Below are positions 1 to 9,193 of a stretch of DNA of 64,000 nt, in pieces. How positions within the stretch are numbered: the stretch's first letter is position 1; each line of letters starts with the position of its first letter. The stretch covers positions 1,952,001-2,016,000 of the forward strand of contig OZ244252.1 of assembly GCA_965217185.1 (NCBI GenBank). Reading direction: 5' to 3'. The notes beneath the pieces were generated by a model, which saw only the letters and a program-made list of their open reading frames with translations, made no database searches and was not told the DNA's origin. Position numbers and translations under genes: made by a program. Source of the DNA: an uncultured Candidatus Entotheonella sp. Its GTDB lineage: Bacteria; Tectomicrobia; Entotheonellia; Entotheonellales; Entotheonellaceae.

Positions 1-15
1 GCCGCAACATGGCGT

Positions 16-112
16 GGAAGCGTATCGGTGCTGGTGTGCCGCCTGGACTTCAAATCCAGTGACCGGGGCTAATAACTTCGGAGGTGGGTTCGACTCCCAC
101 ACGCTTCCGCCA
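16..112 (+). tRNA. selC: tRNA-Sec (anticodon UCA)
   Basis: 8-bp acceptor stem GGAAGCGT/ACGCTTCC with G discriminator and encoded CCA; 6-bp D stem CGGTGC/GTGCCG with 4-nt loop; anticodon loop CTTCAAA (TCA at 50-52); long variable arm; 5-bp T stem GTGGG-TTCGACT-CCCAC. This is the bacterial 8/5 tRNA-Sec fold. Confidence 0.97.
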
Positions 113-181
113 CTCTTCCTGATACCGCCGACACCACACGTGGCGAGTTGGATCTCCTCAACACGGCACTGGAGGGCGATC

Positions 182-1606
182 ATGAACACAGGCAGACATG
201 GACCCGGTACATGCAGTCACCACAGCATTGTTCGTTGGACCTCGACGGTAAAAATCTTAGTGGCGGCGTGCGGCCTTTTGTTGCTGGCGTCGACCGCTTA
301 CGCCGCCATCGACGAGGAATCCCAATTCGTCCTGAATACGTTCTCGTTCCTCATCTGGGGGGCGCTGGTGATGTGGATGTGCGCCGGCTTCGCCATGCTG
401 GAGTCCGGCTCCGTGCGCACCAAGAACGCCTCCGCCATCTGCCTGAAGAACATCGGGTTGTATTCGGTCGCGGGGCTGACGTATTACCTGATCGGCTACA
501 ACCTCATGTACACCGACGTCGGCTCGTGGATCGGCTCCGTCACCTTCCTCTACGGCCCGTCGGCGGACGAGTTGGCGTTGCTGTCGGGGGACGAAACGGC
601 AAAGGCATCCGTCATCAAGCAAAACTACGCCACCATGTCGGACTGGTTTTTTCAGATGGTCTTCGTGGCTACGGCCGCCTCGGTGGTTTCCGGCGCCCTG
701 GCCGAACGTGTCAAACTTTGGTCCTTCCTGACTTTTACGACCCTTTTAACGGCCATTGTATACCCCATTGTCGGCGCCTGGACGTGGGGCGGCGGATGGC
801 TCAACCAAATGGGGTTTCAGGACTTCGCCGGCTCCACCATCGTGCATTCGACGGGCGGCTGGGCGGCGCTGGCCGGCATCATGGTCGTGGGACCGCGGGC
901 GGGCAAATTCCGCAGCAACGGCAGCGTCAAGGTCACGCCGCCCTCGAACGTGCCGCTCGTCACCCTCGGCGTGCTCATCCTGTGGTTCGGATGGCTCGGC
1001 TTCAACGGCGGCTCTCAGCTCGCGCTGGGCAGCGTGAGCGACGCCGTGGCAATGAGCAACGTGCTGGTGAACACCAACTTGGCAGCAGCGTCGGGGGTTG
1101 TGACCGCGCTCCTCATATCGCGTCCCCTGTTCGGGCGCGTTGATCTGCTGATTATCCTCAACGGCGCGATCGGCGGCCTCGTCTCCATTACGGCAGGCCC
1201 GGACATCGTGACGCCGCATTGGGCAGTGATCATCGGCGCGCTCGGCGGCTTGCTGTGCGCCGGCGGCACCAAGCTGTTGGAAATCGTGAAGCTTGACGAC
1301 GTGGTCGGCGCGGTGCCGGCGCACCTGTTTGCCGGTATCTGGGGCACCCTGGCGGTCTGCATCGCGGCCGGCGGCAAGTTCGGCGTGCAGCTTCTCGGCG
1401 TGGTCGCGGTGGGTGTGTTCGTATTCGGGATTTCCTGGTTGATGTGGATGGCGCTGAAGCTCGGCATGGGTGTGCGGGTCTCACCGTCCGTCGAAGAAAT
1501 CGGTCAGGACGCGATGGAGCTGGGCCTCGAAGCCTACCCCGAATTCGTGCTCATGCCCGACCCGGATCATGTAGAGGAACTACGTAACAGTAGCGGAGGA
1601 AATTAA
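182..1606 (+). CDS. amt: Ammonium transporter (Amt family)
   Basis: Motifs GFAMLESG, FFQMVF, DFAGSTIVH, WFGWLGFNGGS, DDVVGAVPAH; many TM helices; GGAGG RBS before ATG 182. The longer ORF start overlaps the tRNA. Confidence 0.93.
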   Translation: MNTGRHGPGTCSHHSIVRWTSTVKILVAACGLLLLASTAYAAIDEESQFVLNTFSFLIWGALVMWMCAGFAMLESGSVRTKNASAICLKNIGLYSVAGLTYYLIGYNLMYTDVGSWIGSVTFLYGPSADELALLSGDETAKASVIKQNYATMSDWFFQMVFVATAASVVSGALAERVKLWSFLTFTTLLTAIVYPIVGAWTWGGGWLNQMGFQDFAGSTIVHSTGGWAALAGIMVVGPRAGKFRSNGSVKVTPPSNVPLVTLGVLILWFGWLGFNGGSQLALGSVSDAVAMSNVLVNTNLAAASGVVTALLISRPLFGRVDLLIILNGAIGGLVSITAGPDIVTPHWAVIIGALGGLLCAGGTKLLEIVKLDDVVGAVPAHLFAGIWGTLAVCIAAGGKFGVQLLGVVAVGVFVFGISWLMWMALKLGMGVRVSPSVEEIGQDAMELGLEAYPEFVLMPDPDHVEELRNSSGGN

Positions 1607-2397
1607 TGGATTACGGCATCAAGGGGCGAGTCGCGTTGGTGGCGGCTTCGAGCAAGGGGCTGGGCAAGGCATGCGCCATGGGTCTGGCGCGCGAGGGGGC
1701 GAAAGTCGCGCTTTGCGCCCGCAACGACGACGAGTTGCAAAAGGCCGCCCAGGAGATTCAATCGGCCACCGGCGCCGAGGTGTTTGCACAGACGGCCGAC
1801 ATGAGCCGGCCGGACGACATCGAAAGTCTGATCGGAGCGGCGCGGGAACATTTCGGGCGCATCGACATTCTGGTCACCAACGCCGGCGGACCGCCGCCGG
1901 GACAATTCATGGACTTCGCCGACGACGACTGGCTGGCAGCACTGAACCTGAACCTGCTTAGCACCATCCGGCTGATTCGCGGCGTCATGCCGCAGATGCA
2001 GGCGCAGCAGTGGGGCCGCATCGTCAACATCACCTCGGTGACGGTCAAGCAGCCGTTTGAGGCGCTGCTGCTCTCCAATGTGGCACGCGCCGGGGTGGTC
2101 ACCTTGTCCAAGACGCTCTCCAACCAACTGGCGAAGGACAACGTGCTGATCAACACCGTGTGCCCGGGGATCATCCTGACCGACCGCGTGAAACAGGTCA
2201 CGCACAACATGGCCGAGACGCAGGGGATCAGCGAGGACGAGGCGCTGCAGGCGTACGTGTCGCCCATTCCCATGGGGCGCGCCGGACAGCCCGCCGAGTT
2301 TGCCGACTTGGTCGTTTTTCTGAGCTCGGAGCGCTGCAGCTACATCACGGGCACCGTCACCCAGATCGACGGGGGCTTCGTGAAGGGGTATTACTGA
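1606..2397 (+). CDS. SDR family oxidoreductase (3-oxoacyl-ACP reductase-like)
   Basis: ASSKGLG Rossmann motif, NAGGPP, NTVCPG, YITG...IDGG; start overlaps the amt stop. Confidence 0.88.
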   Translation: MDYGIKGRVALVAASSKGLGKACAMGLAREGAKVALCARNDDELQKAAQEIQSATGAEVFAQTADMSRPDDIESLIGAAREHFGRIDILVTNAGGPPPGQFMDFADDDWLAALNLNLLSTIRLIRGVMPQMQAQQWGRIVNITSVTVKQPFEALLLSNVARAGVVTLSKTLSNQLAKDNVLINTVCPGIILTDRVKQVTHNMAETQGISEDEALQAYVSPIPMGRAGQPAEFADLVVFLSSERCSYITGTVTQIDGGFVKGYY

Positions 2398-3365
2398 TCG
2401 GGCATGGCCTGCAGCAGCATGGCGTAGAGCAGCGGCAGCATGATCTCGTGATGCCCGGTGAGCGTGTAGCCGCGGCCGCCGTCCTGGGTCGGGCGGCGCA
2501 CGACGTTGGCGTCGGTGCGGTAATGCTGCAGCATGTCCAGGTTGACGGTGATGAAGCGCTCGACCGCGTGACCGGTGTTGCGGCACAGGGTCAGCGCTTT
2601 GAGGAAGACCTCGGGCAGGAGCACGGCGGAGCCGACGTTCCAGTAGCAGCCGCCGTCGTGGAGGCCGCGCAGGAGCAGGGTCAGGCGCTGGAAATCCGCA
2701 TAGGTCGCAGCGCCGAGCAGGGCGGCGTCGGTACTGGGGTGCATGTGGATGGTGTCGGCGCCGATAGCCACGTGCACCGTCACCGGCACCCGGCAGGCAT
2801 GCGCGGCGGCGAGAAGGCTGTGGGCTTTGTGCGGATAGTCCTCTTCGGCGATTGCTTGCCCCAGCGCGGCGCCGATGCCAAGGCGGCCCGCGTCATACGC
2901 TTTCAGGGCCTCGTTGATCAGGCGGGGAGTCTCCTCCACCATGCCGAAAGCGCCGGAACCGAGCCCTTGCGCGACGTCCTCGGACGTCGCGCCGATCAGC
3001 GCCACCTCGAGGTCGTGAATGATCCCGGCGCCGTTCAGGACAAGGCCGCTCAACCAGCCGCGCTGCATCATGTCGATGAGGATCGGGTTGAGGCCGCACT
3101 TGATGACGTGGGCGCCCATGGCCAGGATGACGGCCCGCCCGCGCTGGTGCGCGGCCACGAAGCCATCGACGATGTCGGCGATGTCCAGGCCCTTCAGCAG
3201 GCGCGGAAACAGGGCGCGCAGATCGCCGTTGGATTGCCAAGCCTGCGGATCGACGAAATCGGCCACGTGCACCTTGTGCTGCCGGTCTCGCACCGAAACC
3301 GTGCGTACCCGTTGCAAGGCTTGCAGGTCTTCCGGCGTTACTGGACGAACAGGCTGGCGAGGCAT
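2391..3365 (-). CDS. Deoxyhypusine synthase-like conserved protein
   Basis: MGAHVIKCGL, NGAGIIHDLE, VHVAIGADTIHMH, GSAVLLPEVFLKA, GHHE motifs of bacterial DHS-like proteins; start uncertain (3365 or 3380). Confidence 0.7.
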   Translation of the reverse strand: MPRQPVRPVTPEDLQALQRVRTVSVRDRQHKVHVADFVDPQAWQSNGDLRALFPRLLKGLDIADIVDGFVAAHQRGRAVILAMGAHVIKCGLNPILIDMMQRGWLSGLVLNGAGIIHDLEVALIGATSEDVAQGLGSGAFGMVEETPRLINEALKAYDAGRLGIGAALGQAIAEEDYPHKAHSLLAAAHACRVPVTVHVAIGADTIHMHPSTDAALLGAATYADFQRLTLLLRGLHDGGCYWNVGSAVLLPEVFLKALTLCRNTGHAVERFITVNLDMLQHYRTDANVVRRPTQDGGRGYTLTGHHEIMLPLLYAMLLQAMPDQ

Positions 3366-3448
3366 GTTGGAATGCTCCATACACAGGATCACTAGGGGAA
3401 CGGCTGCGGGGCATTATAGCAACACGGCGGCGCAACGCGTTCAGATAT

Positions 3449-3479
3449 GTAGGTCGGATTAACGCCGCGTAATCCGACA
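3449..3479 (+). repeat. GTAG-family REP palindrome
   Basis: GTAG followed by GTCGGATTA-acgccgcg-TAATCCGAC perfect inverted repeat, intergenic. Confidence 0.75.
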
Positions 3480-3520
3480 GTCCACTGCGTCCACCTCCAT
3501 ATCCGATAAGGCAGTGTTTT

Positions 3521-3934
3521 GTGAATCATCCCTCACAAGCAAGTGACAAGAAGCTGAAACTCTCGGCCCTTCAGCAAGCCATCCTGCACTGGCTACGGCG
3601 GGAGCAGCGCCGTCGGCCACAGCTTGCGGACGGCAACGGCATCCCCTACCCCGACCTCGCGCGCGCCCTCAGTGTTGACCGCGCCGAGTTGTCCGCCTGC
3701 CTCCTCCGTCTCATCCGCAAGCGGCTCGTCGTGGCCACCCTGCCGCGCGGCGCCTGGGTGCGCTACATCGCTCTGACCGACAAGGGAGAAGCCAAACCTC
3801 ATCAGGACACACCCAAGGAACACAAGGAATACCGCGACCCATCGGACCGGTGGGACCGCGAGGGCCGTCCGCGCCGCAAGGTCAGGACCCGCCGTCGCGA
3901 CCCCCGGACACCCCTGACCGAATTGGACATGTGA
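3521..3934 (+). CDS. Hypothetical winged-helix (MarR-like) DNA-binding protein
   Basis: LSALQQAILHWL...DLARALSVDRAELSACLLRLIRKRLV...IALTDKG pattern; basic tail; GTG start. Confidence 0.55.
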   Translation: MNHPSQASDKKLKLSALQQAILHWLRREQRRRPQLADGNGIPYPDLARALSVDRAELSACLLRLIRKRLVVATLPRGAWVRYIALTDKGEAKPHQDTPKEHKEYRDPSDRWDREGRPRRKVRTRRRDPRTPLTELDM

Positions 3935-3935
3935 G

Positions 3936-4697
3936 ATGGAAGCTACCGCCAACCGCAGGCTGACCCTGTTACATACGGCGGACGTACACCTCGACAACTG
4001 GCCCCAGGGCACGGCGGAGCCGCCCGGCGCCCATCGTGGCTTCGAGGCCATCATCGACCGCGCCCTCGATATGCAGGTCGACATCGTCCTCATCGCCGGT
4101 GACCTCTTCGATCACAACCGCGTTGCCGACGGCACCATCGCCTTTGCGCAGAACCAATTGCGGCGTCTGCGCTGCCCCGCCGTCATTCTGCCGGGCAACC
4201 ATGATTGCCTGCATCCCAACGGCATTTACCATCGCCACGACTTCGGTACGGCGTGCGGCAACGTGCGCGTCATCACCGAGCTGGACGGCCAAACCATCGC
4301 ATTTCCTGAACTCGATCTGGTTATCTGGGGGCGGGGCATGGAAGCGCACGAACCTGGTTTTCATCCGCTGGCCCACATCCCCGCGCGGCACGACGGACGC
4401 TGGCACGTGGCCATGGCGCACGGATTTTTCTACGAAGACTTCGAGCAGCCCGAACGTTCATCGCCGATTCTTGCTGCCGAGATTCGCCAGACCGACTGGG
4501 ATTACGTCGCCATGGGCCACAAACACGTCACGGCCGACCACAGCCAGGAAGGTGTTGCGGCCTGGTACCCCGGCACACCCTTACCGGAGTGGAGCGCCGC
4601 CCCGCCGGGACACGTCCTGCTGGTTGAGTGCTGCCCCGAGCACGGTGTCATCGTGCAGCCGCAACAGGTCGCAGGAACATACAGGGACCGCGCATGA
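3936..4697 (+). CDS. Metallophosphoesterase, SbcD/Mre11-like nuclease domain
   Basis: HTADVHLD, AGDLFD, PGNHD, AHG, YVAMGHKH motifs. Confidence 0.85.
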   Translation: MEATANRRLTLLHTADVHLDNWPQGTAEPPGAHRGFEAIIDRALDMQVDIVLIAGDLFDHNRVADGTIAFAQNQLRRLRCPAVILPGNHDCLHPNGIYHRHDFGTACGNVRVITELDGQTIAFPELDLVIWGRGMEAHEPGFHPLAHIPARHDGRWHVAMAHGFFYEDFEQPERSSPILAAEIRQTDWDYVAMGHKHVTADHSQEGVAAWYPGTPLPEWSAAPPGHVLLVECCPEHGVIVQPQQVAGTYRDRA

Positions 4698-5527
4698 ATG
4701 CCAAGCTGTGCAAAACGTTCATCCTCGCCATTGCCTTGACAATCGCAGGCTGCGAAAAACACCCGGTGCAATCCGCATTTGAGCTCGACCCGATTGTCCA
4801 TCCAGCCTCCGGGCGCATCGTCTTCAACCGTATGTGCGCAGACGAAAATCCGTACAGCGTCCAGGCATACACCCGCATGGCGTCGAAAGACGGCCGGGCG
4901 CAGGCGGTGGCGGCCTTCTGGGCAGGTTACCGGGCAACGGGCGGCAGGACGGTGTACATCGAACTCAGGCTTCACAGGCTGAAACTGAACGCCGGGGCGG
5001 GATGGGAAAACGCAGACTACTCGACCCGGCTCATCGGGCGCGCCGGGCAGCGCATCGTGGAAGGACCGAAGGTGCGGCACTACTTCCACGACGCCGACGG
5101 ACAGGAGCCGGTCTACAGGAACTTCCGTACCGATGCGACAGGAGCAGCCGACTGGATCACGTTCATCGAACCCGATGACAGGCGCGAGGACGCCGATCGC
5201 TTCTACCGCATGGGGCCGGAACTGGACTTCAAGGCCCGAGACCTGCAGGTAGACAGCCCACAGCAAGAGATTGAACTGACGCTGACACTGGAGAACGAGG
5301 CAAACGGAGAGACTTTGGAACTCCAGGGGCCCCGGCTCCGGGTGCCGGGGCCCCTGTGGGCCATGACGCCCCCCACGCCCCAGACCCTCGGGTTAGCGCA
5401 GGTGCTGAATCCGCTCCAGGAAGGCGGCCTGTTCAACACTGTGGGACGGGCCTGGAAATACCGTAAGTGCATCGAGGAACGACGGGCCGCCAAGCGGACG
5501 CTCGGCCCGTATACGGGGGTAAAGTGA
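4694..5527 (+). CDS. Hypothetical lipoprotein
   Basis: ATGA overlap with upstream stop; signal peptide ending in lipobox IAG-C. Confidence 0.6.
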   Translation: MNAKLCKTFILAIALTIAGCEKHPVQSAFELDPIVHPASGRIVFNRMCADENPYSVQAYTRMASKDGRAQAVAAFWAGYRATGGRTVYIELRLHRLKLNAGAGWENADYSTRLIGRAGQRIVEGPKVRHYFHDADGQEPVYRNFRTDATGAADWITFIEPDDRREDADRFYRMGPELDFKARDLQVDSPQQEIELTLTLENEANGETLELQGPRLRVPGPLWAMTPPTPQTLGLAQVLNPLQEGGLFNTVGRAWKYRKCIEERRAAKRTLGPYTGVK

Positions 5528-5637
5528 AGAGATGGCGGGTGAAGCTCATCGAGCGACGAGTTGTGTCCAATGAGTGCCTAATGCGATGTGGGTTGCTGGA
5601 AAATCGCTGAGGGGTATTGAGTCATTATCGACTGTCT

Positions 5638-6075
5638 TCACCATCCCAAAATAAACGAATTGCGCAGCAGGGCAACGGTTTCGCCGTCCTGATTGATCAC
5701 CGTGGTTTCCCGCACCACGAAACGCATGGTGCCAGAGCGGCCCGTCTTCTCATAGAGGTCGGCGAGACGGGTCGTGTAGGTCAGCGTATCGCCGGGATAG
5801 ACGGGACGGTAGAAGGTACAGTCGTAGCCGGCATTGATACCGATGCCCTGGATCGCCATTTCGGGCGGGGCGATGGGTCCGGCACCATGCCAAGTGACGA
5901 ACGTGGGCAACGCGATGATGTCGCGGTAGCCTTGGGCACGGGCCGCTGCCGCGTCCACGTGCACCGGATTCCTACTTCCGAGAATACTGGCGTAGTCGAG
6001 GAGTTTCTGGCGCGTGACGTGTTGCTCGGAGCGGCTGAAGATTTTTCCCACCAGGCCGCGGTCCCAGTTGACCAT
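5638..6075 (-). CDS. MaoC-like (hotdog fold) dehydratase, N-terminal type
   Basis: NPVHVD...A...GY...ALPTF, FYRPVYPGDTL, KTGRSGTMRFV motifs. Confidence 0.8.
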   Translation of the reverse strand: MVNWDRGLVGKIFSRSEQHVTRQKLLDYASILGSRNPVHVDAAAARAQGYRDIIALPTFVTWHGAGPIAPPEMAIQGIGINAGYDCTFYRPVYPGDTLTYTTRLADLYEKTGRSGTMRFVVRETTVINQDGETVALLRNSFILGW

Positions 6076-6092
6076 CGTTTCTCTTCCCACCC

Positions 6093-6869
6093 TTACCCGC
6101 TCGGCTTGCGCTGTCCGGACGCGCGGCGCAGCAACACGTAGACCGCGCCGGCACCGCCGTCAGTCGCCGGCGCGGTGGCAAACGCCAGCACCAACCGGCT
6201 CAGACGTCCGTGAGACAGCCAAACCTGCACCTGCTCCTTGAGAACGGGGCGGTTGTCTCTGGAGTTGCGCCCGCGACCGTGGATGACGCGCACGCAGCGC
6301 TGACCGGCGGTGTGTGCCTGCGTAACGAAACGCTGTATGACAACCTTTGCTTCTTCGACCGTGTGGCCGTGCAGGTCACACTGCGCCTGGACAGCAAAAT
6401 CGCCGCGATGCAGGCGCTGGGCCAGACGACGATCGACACCCGGCGCCACGCCCTCCATGTATTCATCCGTGGACTGAATGGAAAAGGCGCCGCGCCCTTC
6501 GACGAGGTCACGCAACTCGTCCAGGGCGTCCGGTTCTTGGTGGGCGCTTACCCTGCGCTGCGGCCGCGGTTTGTCCACGTGCCCGCGCGGATCCTTGGGC
6601 AAGGGAGTTACGCCGGTCATTTCGGACAGGAACAACGCCCGCTCCCGCCGTGCCCCTTCGTCGGTAGAGACAGTAGCCTGCCTGGGTATGGGGTCGGCTA
6701 TTTGGCGGGGCGGAACGGGGGCAGGCTTTGGCGTGGGCGGTCTGGCGGCAGGCCGAGTTACAGCGTCGCGCAGTTTTTCCCTTACCTCACTGAATGGCCT
6801 GTAGAAGTCTTCTTCCTGCGGTGCGGTGGTAAGGATAGGAGGACGGGGTTTTCGTCGCTTGCGTCCCAT
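6093..6869 (-). CDS. Smr/MutS2 C-terminal domain endonuclease
   Basis: DLHG, VIHGRG, DGGAGAVYVLL Smr motifs. Confidence 0.9.
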   Translation of the reverse strand: MGRKRRKPRPPILTTAPQEEDFYRPFSEVREKLRDAVTRPAARPPTPKPAPVPPRQIADPIPRQATVSTDEGARRERALFLSEMTGVTPLPKDPRGHVDKPRPQRRVSAHQEPDALDELRDLVEGRGAFSIQSTDEYMEGVAPGVDRRLAQRLHRGDFAVQAQCDLHGHTVEEAKVVIQRFVTQAHTAGQRCVRVIHGRGRNSRDNRPVLKEQVQVWLSHGRLSRLVLAFATAPATDGGAGAVYVLLRRASGQRKPSG

Positions 6870-6874
6870 GGCCT

Positions 6875-8158
6875 TTACGTCCTGTAGGCACGGTCCAGCA
6901 TCTCGATCGGATGGAGGATTTCGGCGGTCAGTCCGTGCCGTGCAGCCCCTTGGCGGAGTTGCAGGAGACAGCCAGGATTGCCGCTGACGACAACATCAGG
7001 CCGCACCGATGCAAGGTGGGCCATTTTACGGTCGAGAAGCGCCTCGGCCGTTTCCGGATGAAACAAATTGAAGGTGCCGGCGCTGCCGCAGCACCAGTCG
7101 CTCTCGGGAACTTCCAGCAATTCCAGTCCTGGCACCTGCCGCAGTAAGTCCCTCGGTTGCTGGCGAATCTTCTGCCCGTGTGACAGGTGACACGGGTCGT
7201 CGTACGCCACCCTTAACGGCACGGGTTGCAAAGGCCCCCGCAGAGGGTCGGCAGCCAAGATTTCGCTAATATCACGCACACGGGCGTCAAAAATCTCCGC
7301 CCGCGCCGCAAATTCGGGGTCGTCGGCTAGCAGGTGGCCGTAATCCTTCATCAACGCCCCGCAGCCCGCAGCGTTGACCACGAGCCAGTCCGCCCCGCTC
7401 GCCTCAAACGCGGCAATATGGAGCCGCGCCAGCCGCCGTGCACTTCCCAGATCGTTGGCATGCGCCTGCAACGCCCCGCAGCACGGTTGCGCCGGGTTGG
7501 CCAGGACGCGGTAGCCGTTGCGGGCCAACACCCGCACGGTGGCACGATTCACCTGCGGCAAAACCTGCGGCGTCACGCAACCCGTGAGCAAAAGCACACC
7601 TCCGCGCTCCTCGCCGTGCGCGGGCGTTTCCACGGGTAGGGATTGGCGCGCCTTTGCGGGAGGGACGGCGGGCAGGAGCGCTTCCATGACAGCAAGCCTT
7701 GGCGCCAGCCGGGGCAGCAGGCCGCTCAAGCGCACGAGCGCCTGCACGCCACTGATCTGATACACACGCAGGAGGTTGGACAGTCGGTGCAAACGGTGCG
7801 GGGACGGCAGAATGTGTTCCATGAACAGTCGGCGCAGCCAGCCGCCAAGACGCGATGCGGGCTGTCCAACCCCCGCGGCAGCCCGTCCGGCCTCCAGCAG
7901 CCGGCCGAACTCCACGCCGGCCGGACAGGCCGTTTCGCAGGCGCGACAGCCGAGGCAGAGATCGAGGGGTTCGAGGATATCTTCAGGCTCAAGAACGCCG
8001 TCGGCCACCGCGACCATCATGTCAATGCGGCCGCGGGGCGACGCCGCTTCACTGCCGGTGAGGTTGTAGGTGGGACAAACAGGCAAGCAGAAGCCGCACT
8101 TGATGCAGCTCGTCTCAGCCTGCTGCAGCGTTTCCTGCAATGCCGACGACTGTGTCAT
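6875..8158 (-). CDS. glcF: Glycolate oxidase iron-sulfur subunit (GlcF-like, CCG domains)
   Basis: CIKCGFCLPVCP, CLGCRACETACP, CCGA, DPCHL, CCGSAG, NPGC. Confidence 0.85.
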   Translation of the reverse strand: MTQSSALQETLQQAETSCIKCGFCLPVCPTYNLTGSEAASPRGRIDMMVAVADGVLEPEDILEPLDLCLGCRACETACPAGVEFGRLLEAGRAAAGVGQPASRLGGWLRRLFMEHILPSPHRLHRLSNLLRVYQISGVQALVRLSGLLPRLAPRLAVMEALLPAVPPAKARQSLPVETPAHGEERGGVLLLTGCVTPQVLPQVNRATVRVLARNGYRVLANPAQPCCGALQAHANDLGSARRLARLHIAAFEASGADWLVVNAAGCGALMKDYGHLLADDPEFAARAEIFDARVRDISEILAADPLRGPLQPVPLRVAYDDPCHLSHGQKIRQQPRDLLRQVPGLELLEVPESDWCCGSAGTFNLFHPETAEALLDRKMAHLASVRPDVVVSGNPGCLLQLRQGAARHGLTAEILHPIEMLDRAYRT

Positions 8159-8161
8159 AGC

Positions 8162-9181
8162 CTACAGGTTCGCCTGCGGGACAGCGTAGTTCCTGTCCTT
8201 TTTGTAGATCTGCAGGCGGCCGCGTTGGCAATCCGCCACGGTGATCAAATCGCGCTCCGCGTCGAACGCCACAGCGGTCGGGTAATAGAAGCGCCACTCG
8301 GGCTCCAGACTCTTCACCCGGCGGCGCATCTTCGACATGTCTGGATTGGCGTCGATCGATTGCTGGCCCCATTTGGACAACCACTGCGCGTCGCCGATCA
8401 GTGAAGTGATCAGGTCGCCATCCGGCCGGTAGATGCGCAGTTTGTGATTGCCCCAATCGGCTACATAGACGTCGTCGTCCGTATCCACGGCGACGCTGGT
8501 CGGGTGGTTGAGGTCGCGCGGGCCGTCCCCGGGCTGACCGAATTGCATGATGAGTTCGCCGTTGCGATCGCGTTTTTGCACCTGGCCATTTTTCCAGTCG
8601 GCCACGTACACGTCGCCGTGCGCGTCGATGTGGATGCCCCAGGGGGTATCCAGTTGATCGGGGCCGCTACCGTGCGAGCCCCAGCCGGATACGTATTTGC
8701 CGTCTGCGGTGTACACCTGCACGCGGTGGTTGCGGCTGTCGACCACGTAGAGTTGGTCATCCGCATCAAAGGCCAGGCCGGCGGGGCCGTCGAATTCGCC
8801 GGGACCGCTTCCCGCCGTGCCCCACTGCTCAATGAAATTGCCGTTGGGATCAAACACGGCAATGCGATTCAACCAGTCGTCCGACACGTAAACCCGCCCC
8901 TGCTTGTCCAGCGCCACGGAATTGGGCCACAGCGCCTGCCCCGGATTTGAGCCGTAACGGCAGAACTCAGCGAGCACCTTCTCTTCACCCGGCTCGCCGA
9001 CGAACACCTTGGTAAGCCGCGAGCCGTAGTTCGTCTCGTTACCGCGACTGACGACGTACAGCACGCCCTGCGACGCCGGCGCGATGGCGCAGGGATAAGA
9101 GAACCCGTCGCCGGCCGCCGCGTTGCGGCCGACGGTGTGACTGAAATCGTAGACACGTCCAGCGATTACGGTAGTCAGCAT
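8162..9181 (-). CDS. NHL-repeat beta-propeller protein
   Basis: Repeated G.GPG.F..P.G.A.D...VYV.D..N.R.Q units. Confidence 0.85.
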   Translation of the reverse strand: MLTTVIAGRVYDFSHTVGRNAAAGDGFSYPCAIAPASQGVLYVVSRGNETNYGSRLTKVFVGEPGEEKVLAEFCRYGSNPGQALWPNSVALDKQGRVYVSDDWLNRIAVFDPNGNFIEQWGTAGSGPGEFDGPAGLAFDADDQLYVVDSRNHRVQVYTADGKYVSGWGSHGSGPDQLDTPWGIHIDAHGDVYVADWKNGQVQKRDRNGELIMQFGQPGDGPRDLNHPTSVAVDTDDDVYVADWGNHKLRIYRPDGDLITSLIGDAQWLSKWGQQSIDANPDMSKMRRRVKSLEPEWRFYYPTAVAFDAERDLITVADCQRGRLQIYKKDRNYAVPQANL

Positions 9182-9193
9182 GGGTGTTTCCTT

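Noticed and set aside
86..112. selC 3' end as the att site of an integrated element within the window
   Set aside because: No second copy of the tRNA 3' end was noticed and no integrase is adjacent; a search by eye is not exhaustive
14..181. N-terminal extension of the 530-aa amt ORF
   Set aside because: It overlaps tRNA-Sec; a GGAGG RBS supports ATG 182 instead
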